From NCBI GenBank assembly GCA_977017575.1, contig CDRNVI010000071.1, forward strand, positions 186,001 to 250,000: a stretch of 64,000 nucleotides of DNA, given 5' to 3'. Under the pieces are notes generated by a model. That model had not been told where the DNA came from. It made no database searches and saw only the letters and a program-made list of their open reading frames with translations. Source of the DNA: Paramoeba atlantica (lineage: Eukaryota > Protista > Discosea). Positions 9,338 to 19,571 of the stretch are shown here, piece after piece. How positions within the stretch are numbered: position 1 is the stretch's first letter; each line of letters opens with the position of its first letter. The position numbers and the translations under genes are program-made.

Positions 9338-9836
9338 CACGTTGTTTATCATGCGCTCTTTGGCGCAGAGATAATCCCCTTAATGCGACGGCCGATATCA
9401 TCGGCACATAATCCGCCCACAACGGATGTCGCCAAAGGGGGTTCGACACGGACTCGGTCGGTAGAGGTGGTCCAGGCAACTCACCACCTCTTTACGCAGC
9501 CGGAGGGGCGCACTGCAACCGACCGCTGCCTCGCGATAATGCGAGGCAGAGTCACGCCCAGTGGTCCTCAAGGGAGGCCACCATGGCGCATAGCTCCCGG
9601 GAAGAGACAGGCGCGAGAAGAAGAAAGCCGGGGAGGGAAGAAAACTCACTCAAGGAGTGAGCCGGGGAGGGGTGAAAAGTCGGAAGTACGTCCCCTACTT
9701 CCACGACAAGAGGGACAGTCCCTGCTAGCCGTCAGCCGGAAACGGGCATTTAAAAGGAAAATGTATGCCCGTTTCCGGGAAAAGAAAGGAAGGGCTAGCA
9801 AAATGTACCAACAAGGTACAGAAACTGTATCTTTAT
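9338..9836 (-). mobile_element. SL-headed, HERO-tailed non-autonomous retroelement (candidate SINE), 499 bp
   Basis: Interrupts one arm of a Tc1 TIR; the intact arm at ~11915-11950 shows the empty site. The 5' end is SL 28 nt + GTAC, the body is a run of hairpins, and the 3' end TATCTC-TGCGC-caaaga-GCGCA-TGAT matches the HERO 3' motif. Confidence 0.75.
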
Positions 9837-10062
9837 ATTAATTATCACTGTTGCGCTGGTAATGTGTGCTAGTAGTGTCGGCATGAGTGTCACCTAATAG
9901 TACCCATAGGTAGTTCACCTCAGTTCGTTCTGCCCAAGAATTAAGAATGAATTTAAAAAAAAAGCATTCGAAAGATTTTTTTGCTACCTAACATAAATAA
10001 AATATAGCATCAAAAAAAAGATAAAAAAGAATTGCCCAAGAGAGTATATGCCCACAAATTTA

Positions 10063-10930
10063 ATACTTTGTATTCCCCCACGCGCCTTCAACACTGCCTT
10101 CATGCGGGCAGGCATGCTGTCCACCTGGGTACGACATACTGAGGCCGGTATGTTCGCCCACTCCTTCTTAACCCTCTCCCACAACTCTCGGACCCCACTT
10201 GGCGGATCATCGTGGTCCGCAAGGCGCCGCTTGAGCTCCCCCAAAACATTCTCGATGGGGTTTAAGTCAGGGGACTGCGGGGGCCACCGCATGACTTCAA
10301 ACCCGGTACCCTGGAGGTGCCGTTGCGCACACCGGCTGGTATGCTTGGGGTCGCTATCCTGTTGGGAGATAACTTTTCCAGGATCCAAGCCCATGCCATC
10401 AATTGATGGGACAAAATTTTCCTGTAAAATCTCGATGTACTGCTCTGCATTCAAGTTCCCTTGAACTAGACGCACATGTCTCACACCACTTCGGGACATA
10501 CACGCCCAAATCATTACATGACCCCCTCCATATTTGACCGTAGGGATCACCCCCTTTTCCCCCAGTTCCTCCCCTGGGGTCCCCCATGTCCATGACTCCC
10601 CCCCGTCTCAAAGCGCCAGATCTTGGTCTCGTCCGACCACACTACTGGCTCTCAATCATGGACTGTCCAGTGCTCATGGGCAGTAGCGTAGTCCATCCGA
10701 AGCTTTCTATGTCGCTTGGACAAGTACGGCTTTCGGACACGCTTCCTTCCCTTGTGTCCGAAGCGTTTCATCGAAACGCGGATGGATTGTGGGACGACAT
10801 CCACAACACCCTCCTGGCGGAGTTGAGAGGAAACCTCGCGCGCAGACTTACCCGAAAACACAAGTCGTCGCAGCGCGTCGTGCGCACGACTCGGAAATCT
10901 TGCGAGGGTGACCCCTCTTTAGCCTGCGAG
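10063..10930 (-). pseudogene. Tc1 DD34E transposase, broken by stop/frameshift
   Basis: HTH segment AREVSSQL...RKPYLSKRHRKLR; catalytic part VKYGGGHVMIWACMS, QQDSDPKH, WPPQSPDLNPIEN. 34 residues lie between the second D and E. Confidence 0.88.
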
Positions 10931-10993
10931 TAGCAGGTCTTTCTGCCTTTAATACTTTAGAAACTGTAGATATGCTTAGATTTAAATTACCAG

Positions 10994-11214
10994 AAATCTA
11001 ACTCATCGAAAACCCGCTATCATAAAGCTCCGAAATGCGCGTTTGTAAGTACCGTGGTGTGGACCTCACACAGAGTGCAAAAATTAATCAAGAAAGTAAT
11101 AGTGTAAATTTAAATTAATCCAAAGTTTCTTCTTTTCTACGAGGCCCACGCCACGGTACTTACAAACGCGAATTTCGGAGCTTTATGATAGCGGGTTTTC
11201 GATGAGTTAGATTT
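10994..11214. repeat. Inverted repeat with ~74-bp arms
   Basis: 10994-11067 (aaatctaactcatcgaaaacccgctatcataaagctccgaaat...) is the near-perfect reverse complement of 11141-11214. Confidence 0.8.
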
Positions 11215-11700
11215 TTTTTTGCTTTCGAAAATCGAGCGCAGGGAAGTGGTAGAGTATGCCGCAGCGATAATTTTCCACCCCCCCCCTGATACGCGCAGGA
11301 GGGGTCCGACAAGGTTAAAATTTCTGAAATTTTTGGGGCAACCAAAAATTTTTTTTTGTTTCAAAAAAAAGTAAAAATATTATTTTTCCAAAATCGACTC
11401 CTAAAACGTATTTGGAGAGTTTGGGACCTCAGCTACCATTCTACGACGTTTTTTCCGACAGATTCGACTCCTGCCCCTACTGGTAAAGCATCAAAAACGG
11501 CACAAAATCGGGTTAAATTTTCGCAAAAATCGAGCTTTTTCACCCAAAAAAATAGGTTATTCATGATCTTTTGGCAATTTTTCTTTTATGGGCTCTTCGT
11601 TAAACGCGGTGGTAGTTTTCAACGCAAAGCGCGCAGCATGAGTGACTTCTAAGTTGAAAATAACCGCCGCGTTTAACGAAGAGCCTAAAAAAGAAATATC
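11215..11700 (+). mobile_element. Partial R1 family copy
   Basis: aaaatcgagcgcagggaagtggtag block and terminal hairpin at ~11580-11695. Confidence 0.7.
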
Positions 11701-12289
11701 TATTTATGGGCATATATTCTCCCGGGCAATTCTTTTTTATCTTTTTTTGATGCAATATTTTATTAATGTTAGGTAGCAAAAAAACCTTTCGAATGCTATT
11801 TTTTTTTAAATTTATTCTTAATTCTTGGGCAGAACGAACTGAGGTGAACTATCTGTGGGTACTATTAGGTGACACTCATGCCTACACTACACTCATGCCT
11901 ACTAGCACACATTACCAGCGCAACAGTGATAATTAATCAATGGCTGTATACAAAAGAAAAAAAATTCGAAACATTCGAACGGTTTTTTTACTGACCTTAT
12001 ATACACTTATATTATTTACACTTATTTGAAGGGTTTTGCAATTTTTAGACCCCCCGCAGCATCTGATTTACCCCCCTGTATACACTTGTGTATACAGATA
12101 ATTATGTGTATATAAACCAGGGGGGTTTATAACCAGGGGGGGTTACTTGAAAGACAATTACTGTTGGTGAAGTCTGTTGTATGCCGTCAGTTAACTGTGA
12201 ATACCGTCTATTGCACTTTACTGCACGTTTTTCGTAGCTTTGCTTTTTTTAGGCTGTCGACCTGGGGCAGAGCAAGTTTTTTCGACCAC

Positions 12290-12460
12290 TGTCAGAAATT
12301 TTCTACTACTAAATTTTTTTTTTCAATTTTGGACCACCGGAGCCCCCTTTTATAAATTTTTCTTCTATTATATTACTGTGTTCCTCTTTATATTTTCACT
12401 GTTTTTGTTCACTTTTTTTCAATAATCGAGGGTAGAGCGGTAGTTATGCAACCACCGCAA
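12290..12460 (-). repeat. R1 terminal fragment
   Basis: Reverse complement of attgcggtggttg...actaccgctctaccctcgattattg plus the downstream A-rich block. Confidence 0.65.
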
Positions 12461-12618
12461 TCCTCCCATTGCTACTTATGGTAATGTACAAAAACTCCCC
12501 TTTTCAATATTTTCAGAAAGTTCTTCACTATGACATTCGAAATTATTTATTACACGTCAGAAAATACAATAATGCACAATAACTACCTCTTAAAAGAAAA
12601 TTGAACTCAAATCGCTTT

Positions 12619-13281
12619 CTAATTGTCTCCTGGTAAGATCAACACTTGCTTTATTTTCGTTCGCGATCGAACGCGAAATGTGACAAGCGATGGTGGAAGT
12701 TCGTCAATGACTACGTTTCCCGAAAGATTTCGATTTCCCGTTAAACTAAGCACTTGTAGACCGATGGGAAGTTTTGAAAAACTAACCCATCCGTCGAATG
12801 CGTTCTTATCCAATTTTAGCTCTTTCATACTCAGAGGCAATTTATCTAATTGAAGCTCCCCGGTAAACTGATTTTGATGAAGATCCAGTGTTATAATTTC
12901 AGGAGGCATTAAATCCAACGGCAAAGTTCCGGTAAGCTTGTTCAAGGAAAGGTCAATAAATCGCAACGTATGAGGCACGTGGACCCAAGAAGGAGGTCCT
13001 TCCAATTCAACCCAAGACCAATTTAACGTGTCCAATTTTCCATGCGGATTGCATTTTACAAGTGGCCATTCGCAGGCAGGATATGTTGTGTTCCATTGCG
13101 GAAGACAATGTTTGAGCTTTTCTACAAAGTTATGGAGTTCGTATTCCTGTGGCAAAGAAGCGCCACGCACTTTGGCAGGTCGATTGCGTGGCACGTCCTC
13201 AGTTGCACCGTGCAGTAGCGCTCCTGTCATAATAATAATAATGAAAGAAGACACAATCACTAAATGATTAAAGAGCAACAA
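12619..13281 (-). CDS. Short leucine-rich-repeat protein (LRRNT cap + LRRs)
   Basis: Hydrophobic N-terminus, W...CEWPLVKC cap, repeats LDLHQNQFTGELQLDKLP. The true start is uncertain. Confidence 0.85.
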   Translation of the reverse strand: MLLFNHLVIVSSFIIIIMTGALLHGATEDVPRNRPAKVRGASLPQEYELHNFVEKLKHCLPQWNTTYPACEWPLVKCNPHGKLDTLNWSWVELEGPPSWVHVPHTLRFIDLSLNKLTGTLPLDLMPPEIITLDLHQNQFTGELQLDKLPLSMKELKLDKNAFDGWVSFSKLPIGLQVLSLTGNRNLSGNVVIDELPPSLVTFRVRSRTKIKQVLILPGDN

Positions 13282-13415
13282 TAGAGGGGCTGCGGGTGCG
13301 CATCACCGAACCCGCGCTTTGCATTTGAGGTCGAACGAGGCCTTTTTTAGCCAATAAAAATTACTATAACCCCCATAATACATACATAATTCTTTTACAT
13401 TATCCCCCATTTTAT

Positions 13416-13630
13416 ATGATGAGCCCTGTTGAGAGCAACGAAGAGTTCACCTCGCGTATGAAGGTCACATCTGCCAGAGATGATGACGTATACGACGTCA
13501 TTGTCGCATCGCTTACGCGCACCTTCACGAAGTGAAAGATTCTTCCCCCAGCGCTCGTTATCACCGAGGAGGAGTTGGGAGTCATGGTGGAAGAATGCAT
13601 GAGGCGCGTATCGCGCACGATGGACAGCTA
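13416..13630 (+). pseudogene. Short coding-like stretch with an internal TGA
   Basis: Hand translation MMSPVESNEEFTSRMKVTSARDDDVYDVIVASLTRTFTK*KILPPALVITEEELGVMVEECMRRVSRTMDS*. GC-richer than its flanks; no family recognised. Confidence 0.3.
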
Positions 13631-13869
13631 AACCGGGGGGCGGATTATTATTACAGTGTAATAGGCCTATTACACTGTAAAAATAAGGTGAAAGATGCTA
13701 AATGGTAATAATAATGTGAAAGCAGGTTATTGTTACGATCTCTCGAGAAAAACTTCAAAGTACGAAAAAAAGAGGAATATTTGCTCCTAAAAATAAGAAA
13801 AGTGCCTATCCAAACTCTTTTTGAATGGGTCTTCACGAAGGAAAAGAGGAAAAAAACAAGATTTTTAAC

Positions 13870-14500
13870 CTAAAAACAACAATTTTCTTTTTTAAGCTCT
13901 TCGTTAAACGCGGTGGTAGTTTTCAACAAGCAGTCACTCATGCTGCGTGCTTCGCGTTGAAAACTACCACCGCGTTTAACGAAAAGCCTAAAAAAGAAAA
14001 TTCGGCCTGGAAAGATAAAGAAAACACAAGGATTATGGCCAAAATTAGCCGATTTTCGGGCAAAAATGGGGTGATTTTTGCGTATTTTTACTCTCAGAGC
14101 ACTAAATCCGATATTTGTGTGAGAAATCACTCGTAGGCGTGAATGAAAGCCTACTGAACGTATTGGGTAGAGTGTGCGACTCCAAACACACCATTCTTTT
14201 GACATAAAAAGACCCCTTTAGGTTCGAAAATTACTTTTTCGCACTTTTGGGTCAAAAATGGGCCATTTTGGGAGGCGTGCCACGGCTAGAAGAAGGGGTA
14301 TCTGGCGAAAACGACGGTGTAGAAGGCTAGTATAGGTCCCAAACTCTCAAAATACAATAGGGAAAAAAAGTTGAGAAAATATATTCTTTACCATTTTTTC
14401 GCCAAGTTGAAATTTTTTTCAAAATCTTTTTTCCGAAAAAATCCGAACTTGGCGGAACCGTCCTGCGGATACGCGGGGGGGGGTCACCCCCGGGTAGTGG
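13870..14500 (-). mobile_element. R1 family copy (subtype II)
   Basis: Terminal hairpin at ~13885-14000 and an internal block similar to 22440-22960 and 59540-60060 in reverse orientation. Confidence 0.7.
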
Positions 14501-14572
14501 AGCGCCGAGGACACCTTCTCCTGGATTGTCTTCCACGAGGGGTCTGCTTCCTTGCAGGGTCGACGCGTGATC

Positions 14573-17521
14573 CATACCCCTGCCGGGTAAATGGGTAATT
14601 ACCCGGGTAAATTACCCATTTACCCGCTTTACCCACGTTTACCCGCTCGATGACAGGAACTGAAAAGTTGTACCTTAAATGATTTTGAATGTTTTATTTT
14701 TGTATATCTATCAGAAAAATCTCAGATTCTTTTTCCTTCAATCATAATATCATTTACTTTGCTGATAGCGTTGCACTTTTATCTTCTATTTATTACATGC
14801 CCAAACGAAGATCATCGACAGTCAGTACGCCCGAACCGATCGTTTCATCTGAATCAAGCTCTGAGGATGAGATAGTGACCCCGGACCCAAAGCGATCAAA
14901 GCGAAACGAGCGGCACAAGATGACGGTGAAGTCTTTGTCTGGGCACTTTAATTTGGCTCGTTGCCCGCCAAACTGTCCGCATGAACACGCGGATGTTCTC
15001 ACAGACCCCCTTAACCAAAAAGTACACTTTGTGTGCACGACAGAGGGTTGCACGTTTCAATCTCATTGCCGATTTAAAAACGTCTATCATAAGCATGTAC
15101 GCAAGTGTCGTGAGGGCGTGGAGCGAGCTCGCTTGGCGACTGCGCAGGTTTCGTTTATTCAGAGAGCGGCCGTTCAAAGATTCGCTGGGAAGGTGCTCCC
15201 ATGTCTACAAACCCTAACAAACCTTCCGTCGAGTAAATTCGTTTGGCTGATTCGCAAGTATGAGGATCTCCGCCCCGACCTTCCACCGAATGTTATCAAA
15301 GAGGCTATTCCGGAAACAAATTTGAAGAAGTGGCATCAACACTGTGAAATTTTAGCCCACGAAGTCTGGGAGAAGCTTTGCGCTGCCATTGACTTACACA
15401 TGGTGTACGGAATTGCCGTTGATGCAGGAATCGACCGAGCAAAGTCTGAGCACATTTTATTGTCCGTCTTATATGTAGGCCCTGAAGAATACGTCTTACC
15501 TCCCATTTATTCTCCTAGTCATCGTGCTTTTGATGGAAAAACAGTAGCCGAACAACTAGTGTTTACTCTTCAGGCGAATCTTGGTGAGCACCGACTTTTA
15601 AAGCTAAAATTCATGATCGCGGACGGAAGTTCTGTGAATCGCGTGGCACGTAACAATTGCGAAGGAGCTCTCAAACGCATATATGACCAAATTTCCCCGA
15701 TTGGGGAGAGTGACACTGCAGCACTTCAGCAAGGCATATCTTCTCGTGTCCCTTCGATAATACTCCTGTCTTGCATAGGTCATATGCTGAATAACATTTG
15801 CCAAACGACCTTGAAGCCCTACGAAGAGTCACCGTGCTTTCTTTTCAAAAAAGCGTTCAGTCAGTCCTTTTATTCAGGAGGACGAGCGAGTGCAGCAAAA
15901 GGGAAATACAAGGGAGTTGCTCTGGATCTCGCTCTGGCTCGCTTCGATCAGGGAGTTCTGAAGGCGGAAGAAACCTTACGTCAATCGTACCATGGCCTTG
16001 GGGAGGATGCCCCAGTTTTCTGCCGTCAACAACTACAATCTACTCTAATCGGATGCCTCGAAAAGCTGAAGGAGGTATCTCCGGACATGTCCAATTCTCT
16101 AATTGCCACACTGTCATGCAATGTCACGTCATGGTACGAGAAGCATCGCCAGCTTCTTGCTCAGGGACCGAAATTGATTAGTGCTTTGCAAGTAGCGCGT
16201 GAAACTGAGGGTGTCGAAACTCCGAAGCTCGGAGGTGTGACGCGCTGGTGTCAGGATAAGTTTACATGTATGCAATTTTTGGCGAAGAATATGGACACAG
16301 TATCGGCATTTGTGTACAGCGAAAGTGAAAAGGCACGGGCGTCAAAGTCCATTATTAAGTGTAAGCGTTTGCTGGACCGGTACGGAGCTTTGGAAATTAA
16401 AGCAAGCTGCTTTACATTTCTTGAACAATGCAGCGTTTTGCATTCAGCATTGAACAAATTTTCAGACATGTTGGGGAAACCGATGGCAACTCATGTCGGA
16501 ACTACGCTGCAGCTCTTGTTCGAACATAGCGAAAGTGACGAAGCGCCCTCGCGAATGCGAGAAGCACTTCTTTATCACAAGACTCGTCTACAAAAAAATC
16601 ATAATATGCGCTTTTGGAACGATGTTCTCTGGTTCCGTCCCGGATGGATCGTTCAGTTCGCTCGTCCTTGTGGTCTTCTCCCCATCTCGGTAGCTCGAGC
16701 AAATAATGTTTTTGACAAAAATGCGGACGGTCCGTCGGCCGAGCAGCCGATCTTTCGTATTTCATCCGATGAGTGGGAAAAATACTTAGCATGCCTCGAT
16801 TTCAGTTGGGATCCGTCTAAGTTCAGCAACGAGTACGAATGGTGGTGTGGTCCTGGGTGTGAAATGTTCCCAGCGATTTACGAAGCTGCCGTACACTACG
16901 TTTGGACGCCACCCCTGGTCAACAAGTGCGACTCCTGGCTTTCCGTGCTTGGATATATGTATAGCTCACGCCAGGCCTCCCTTACTCCCGATGTTGTATC
17001 GCACCAGATATTCGTGCGAGGAAATTGCGACAAGCTAGGATATATGACTCAAGGTGATTCTGATTCGCTGGAAAATGATAGTGAGCTTGAATCATTGTCA
17101 GATACAGAACATAACTGACTTAACATTATGTGGATTGTACGCAGTAGTTGTATTTGATTTTAGTACAGTGATTACTATACAGTATAGTATTAGTACTGTA
17201 TGAAGCGGGGATTAGCCCGCCAGGTCAAGAAAAAAATAAAAAAAAATAAAAAAAAATAAAACAAAATTGTTTGGTTTAGGGGATAGGAAAGGGGGGAAAC
17301 CGAATGAAAGACGGATTTTTCCTTCTATGGATTGAGATACTGTTTCTGTAGCGACAACTTGCTCAGCAAAGTTGGCACAGTCATCGAGCTTTATTCTAGT
17401 ACGGGATCGTATGGTTGGTTGGTAAATCTCGGTGAAAGCGGGTAAATGGGTCAATGACCCGGGTAAATTACCCGCGTTTACCACCACGTGGGTAATTACC
17501 CATTTACCCGGCAGGGGTATG
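14573..17521 (+). mobile_element. Intact hAT-like DNA transposon
   Basis: Perfect 32-bp TIR catacccctgccgggtaaatgggtaattaccc, subterminal GGGTAA/TTACCC repeats, and a GTGATC direct repeat at 14567-14572 and 17522-17527. Confidence 0.9.
14797..17118 (+). CDS. hAT-family transposase (likely start MPKRR at 14797; ORF open from 14689)
   Basis: N-terminal zinc finger CTTEGC...HKHVRKC, GIAVD, IADGSSVN, CIGHMLN (CxxH), VTRW, and the C-terminal WW...FPAIYEAAVHYVWTPP dimerisation-like motif. Confidence 0.8.
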   Translation: MPKRRSSTVSTPEPIVSSESSSEDEIVTPDPKRSKRNERHKMTVKSLSGHFNLARCPPNCPHEHADVLTDPLNQKVHFVCTTEGCTFQSHCRFKNVYHKHVRKCREGVERARLATAQVSFIQRAAVQRFAGKVLPCLQTLTNLPSSKFVWLIRKYEDLRPDLPPNVIKEAIPETNLKKWHQHCEILAHEVWEKLCAAIDLHMVYGIAVDAGIDRAKSEHILLSVLYVGPEEYVLPPIYSPSHRAFDGKTVAEQLVFTLQANLGEHRLLKLKFMIADGSSVNRVARNNCEGALKRIYDQISPIGESDTAALQQGISSRVPSIILLSCIGHMLNNICQTTLKPYEESPCFLFKKAFSQSFYSGGRASAAKGKYKGVALDLALARFDQGVLKAEETLRQSYHGLGEDAPVFCRQQLQSTLIGCLEKLKEVSPDMSNSLIATLSCNVTSWYEKHRQLLAQGPKLISALQVARETEGVETPKLGGVTRWCQDKFTCMQFLAKNMDTVSAFVYSESEKARASKSIIKCKRLLDRYGALEIKASCFTFLEQCSVLHSALNKFSDMLGKPMATHVGTTLQLLFEHSESDEAPSRMREALLYHKTRLQKNHNMRFWNDVLWFRPGWIVQFARPCGLLPISVARANNVFDKNADGPSAEQPIFRISSDEWEKYLACLDFSWDPSKFSNEYEWWCGPGCEMFPAIYEAAVHYVWTPPLVNKCDSWLSVLGYMYSSRQASLTPDVVSHQIFVRGNCDKLGYMTQGDSDSLENDSELESLSDTEHN

Positions 17522-18255
17522 GTGATCTGGAGGCTTTCTTGGAACAGAACCTTCTCTACGCCCCTCCTCATGAAGGAACTCTGGGGGAGTTCGTGGAGAA
17601 CGTGTGGCGTTGTGTTTCAGAAAAGCGCTCCAGATCATGCACTCTGTGACGCAAACGGAAGAGTAGCCAGAGCAAAGAAAACGTCGCAGAGGAATCCCTT
17701 TCTTCTATGGTGCTCTCTTCACCCAGCTCGCACACTCAACCTTCCTCGCTCCCTGAACCTTCGCTTGGGGAAGCTTCTTTGAAGCCACGTTCCTCTCGCG
17801 TGATGCGTTTTCCTTCCCTGTAGTTTTCCCTTGCGGAAGCGTACGTAGGAGAAAAAGAGTATACTCCCCCTGTCATTAATACTGATAATGATAATCCTCA
17901 AGAATGATATTTTTTTTGAGATTATTATTATCATGTTCATTATTAATGGCAGAGGGAGTACAATGTCCTACATAGTTTTCGACAAAAAGACACGATTTTC
18001 AGGCCAAAAATACGAAATTTTAACCCGAATTTGGGCCGTTTTTGAAACCTTACCAGTAGTTTTTTAGTTCAAAGTACTTTTTTTTAAGACACAAAATGTT
18101 TTGTAAGAAAATTCTGCGTGCATGAAAATAAGTTGATAATTTTTTAAGAGTCTTCACCACGTAGAATAACATTTTTTTTTTAAGATTATCATTATTAATG
18201 ACAGGGCGAGTAATTCAAGAGAAGTGATAAGCTCATTTTTTTGAAGTTTGAAGTG

Positions 18256-18457
18256 CCCAGATTGAAAGGGGCGAGGGAGATACGAAGCAACAGGCGTGGC
18301 AGATTCCCACTGAAAAGAAATGGTATCTCCCCGCACTAAGTTTGCCTCCGAGCTAGCAAGCGCTAAAGCTTTTCTCGTGCGGGGAGATACCATTTCTTTT
18401 CAGTGGGAATCTGTCACGCCTGTTGCTTCGTATCTCCCTCGCCCTTTTCAATCTGGG
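18256..18457. repeat. ~200-bp palindromic element (GAGGGAGATAC family, divergent member)
   Basis: ~80-bp arms cccagattgaaa...gagggagatac...tatctccccgcac / gtgcggggagatac...gtatctccctc...caatctggg, followed by TTA. Confidence 0.8.
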
Positions 18458-18511
18458 TTATACGGCGGGCCCTTCGAGGCGGTGCAGACCCGGTTGGTTC
18501 CTTCAGAGCAT

Positions 18512-19390
18512 AGCCAGCTGGCCACTCTTTCACAACATGGCCAGCTGGCCACCCTTCCACATGGCCAGTCGGCCACCCTACCACAACATGGCCAGCTCGC
18601 CACTCTTTCACAACATAGCCAGCTAGCCACTCTTCCACAACATGGCGATCTGTAACAACACTCTCCAAATGGAACACCAGTGCAGTCACTGGTGGCGCAC
18701 GGTCTCTCATGTGGGTGTTTCATGTGCAGTCCACCTGCATTCACGCTCCACTCTAGCTACACGGTGCATCAATACAGTCACTGCCTCACGTGGCAGTACA
18801 CTTACTCTCTCAAATGCCACTGCAGCTACATTCCATTACTGCAGTCACCTCCTCACGTGGCAGTCACTGACTCTCTCACGCGCCACTGCATCTACACTGC
18901 GTTCATTGCCTCACGTGGCAGTAGACTCACTCTTTCACGTACGTGATGCAGCTGCACTGCATCACTGCAGTCACTGCCTCACGTGGCAGTGCACTTACTC
19001 TCGCACGTTCCACTGTACTTGCACTGCATCACTGTGCAACCACTGCCTCACGTGGCAGTACACCACTGCCACGAAAGAGTAAGTGCCACGTGTACACGTA
19101 TCCACGTGGCACTTATTCTTTCACGTACCACTGTACTTACAGTGGCAGTGCACTTACTCTTTCACGTACCACTCTTTCACGTGGCACTTACTCTTTCACT
19201 TGGCACTGTACTTACAGTGGCAGTGGACTTACTCTCGCACGTGCCACTGCAGCTGCACTGCATCACTGTGCAACCACTGCCTCACGTGGCAGTACACTTA
19301 CTCTCGCACGTTTCACTGTACTTGCACTGCATCACTGTGCAACCACTGCCTCACGTGGCAGTACACTTACTCTCTCACGAGCACTGTAGC
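18512..19390. repeat. Compound minisatellite: five 24-27-bp units, then ~60-68-bp units centred on ACTGCC-TCACGT-GGCAGT
   Basis: Units ggccagctggccactctttcacaacat at 18512-18645. Seven copies of cctcacgtggcagt between ~18785 and ~19360, plus variants. Confidence 0.85.
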
Positions 19391-19571
19391 TGCACACTAC
19401 CACTCGGACCTGCTCATTATTTTTCTCTCTATATACAAAATGCAAACCGTGTTTTTGGTGGCCAGCTGGCCACTTTTTCGAGAAAAAAAAATCTGAAAAA
19501 AAATTGTTCCGAATGTGTTTTTTTTGCGATCTTGAGCAAATAATATTTTTTTTCGATTTTTTTTAGTAAAA

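Larger units (their letters stand above)
9270..12001 (-). mobile_element. Tc1-like element with long TIRs (~9270-9337 + 9837-10060 vs ~11701-12001) carrying nested inserts
   Basis: Inverted repeat pairs visible by eye. Contains a DD34E transposase pseudogene, an internal inverted repeat and a partial R1 copy. Confidence 0.7.

Noticed and set aside
9338-9700. 5S rRNA, HDV-like or hammerhead ribozyme within the structured insert
   Set aside because: I could not find 5S sequence, the HDV nested pseudoknot or hammerhead core motifs by eye. An Infernal/Rfam scan would be decisive.
8497-9836. The 28-bp direct repeat as a TSD of a single insertion
   Set aside because: Each copy belongs to a separately bounded insert (LRR-frame restoration for A; empty TIR arm for 9338-9836), and the sequence matches the SL core.
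4230-13540. In-frame TGA/TAA codons suggesting stop-codon reassignment as in Blastocrithidia
   Set aside because: They occur only in disrupted LRR/TE sequences. TLK, RPB8, RPL38, PPR, hAT and HERO A ORFs have no internal stops.
18512-19390. CRISPR-like array of hairpin repeats
   Set aside because: The spacers are degenerate copies of one another, the context is eukaryotic, and no cas-like ORF is present.
18414-19543. Long His/Cys/Thr-rich ORFs over the minisatellite, and antisense ORFs over GC-rich genes (e.g. 24907-25623, 28060-28584, 53296-53895, 57876-58608)
   Set aside because: Open frames are expected from repeat periodicity or from stop-poor GC-rich antisense strands; no independent coding signal.
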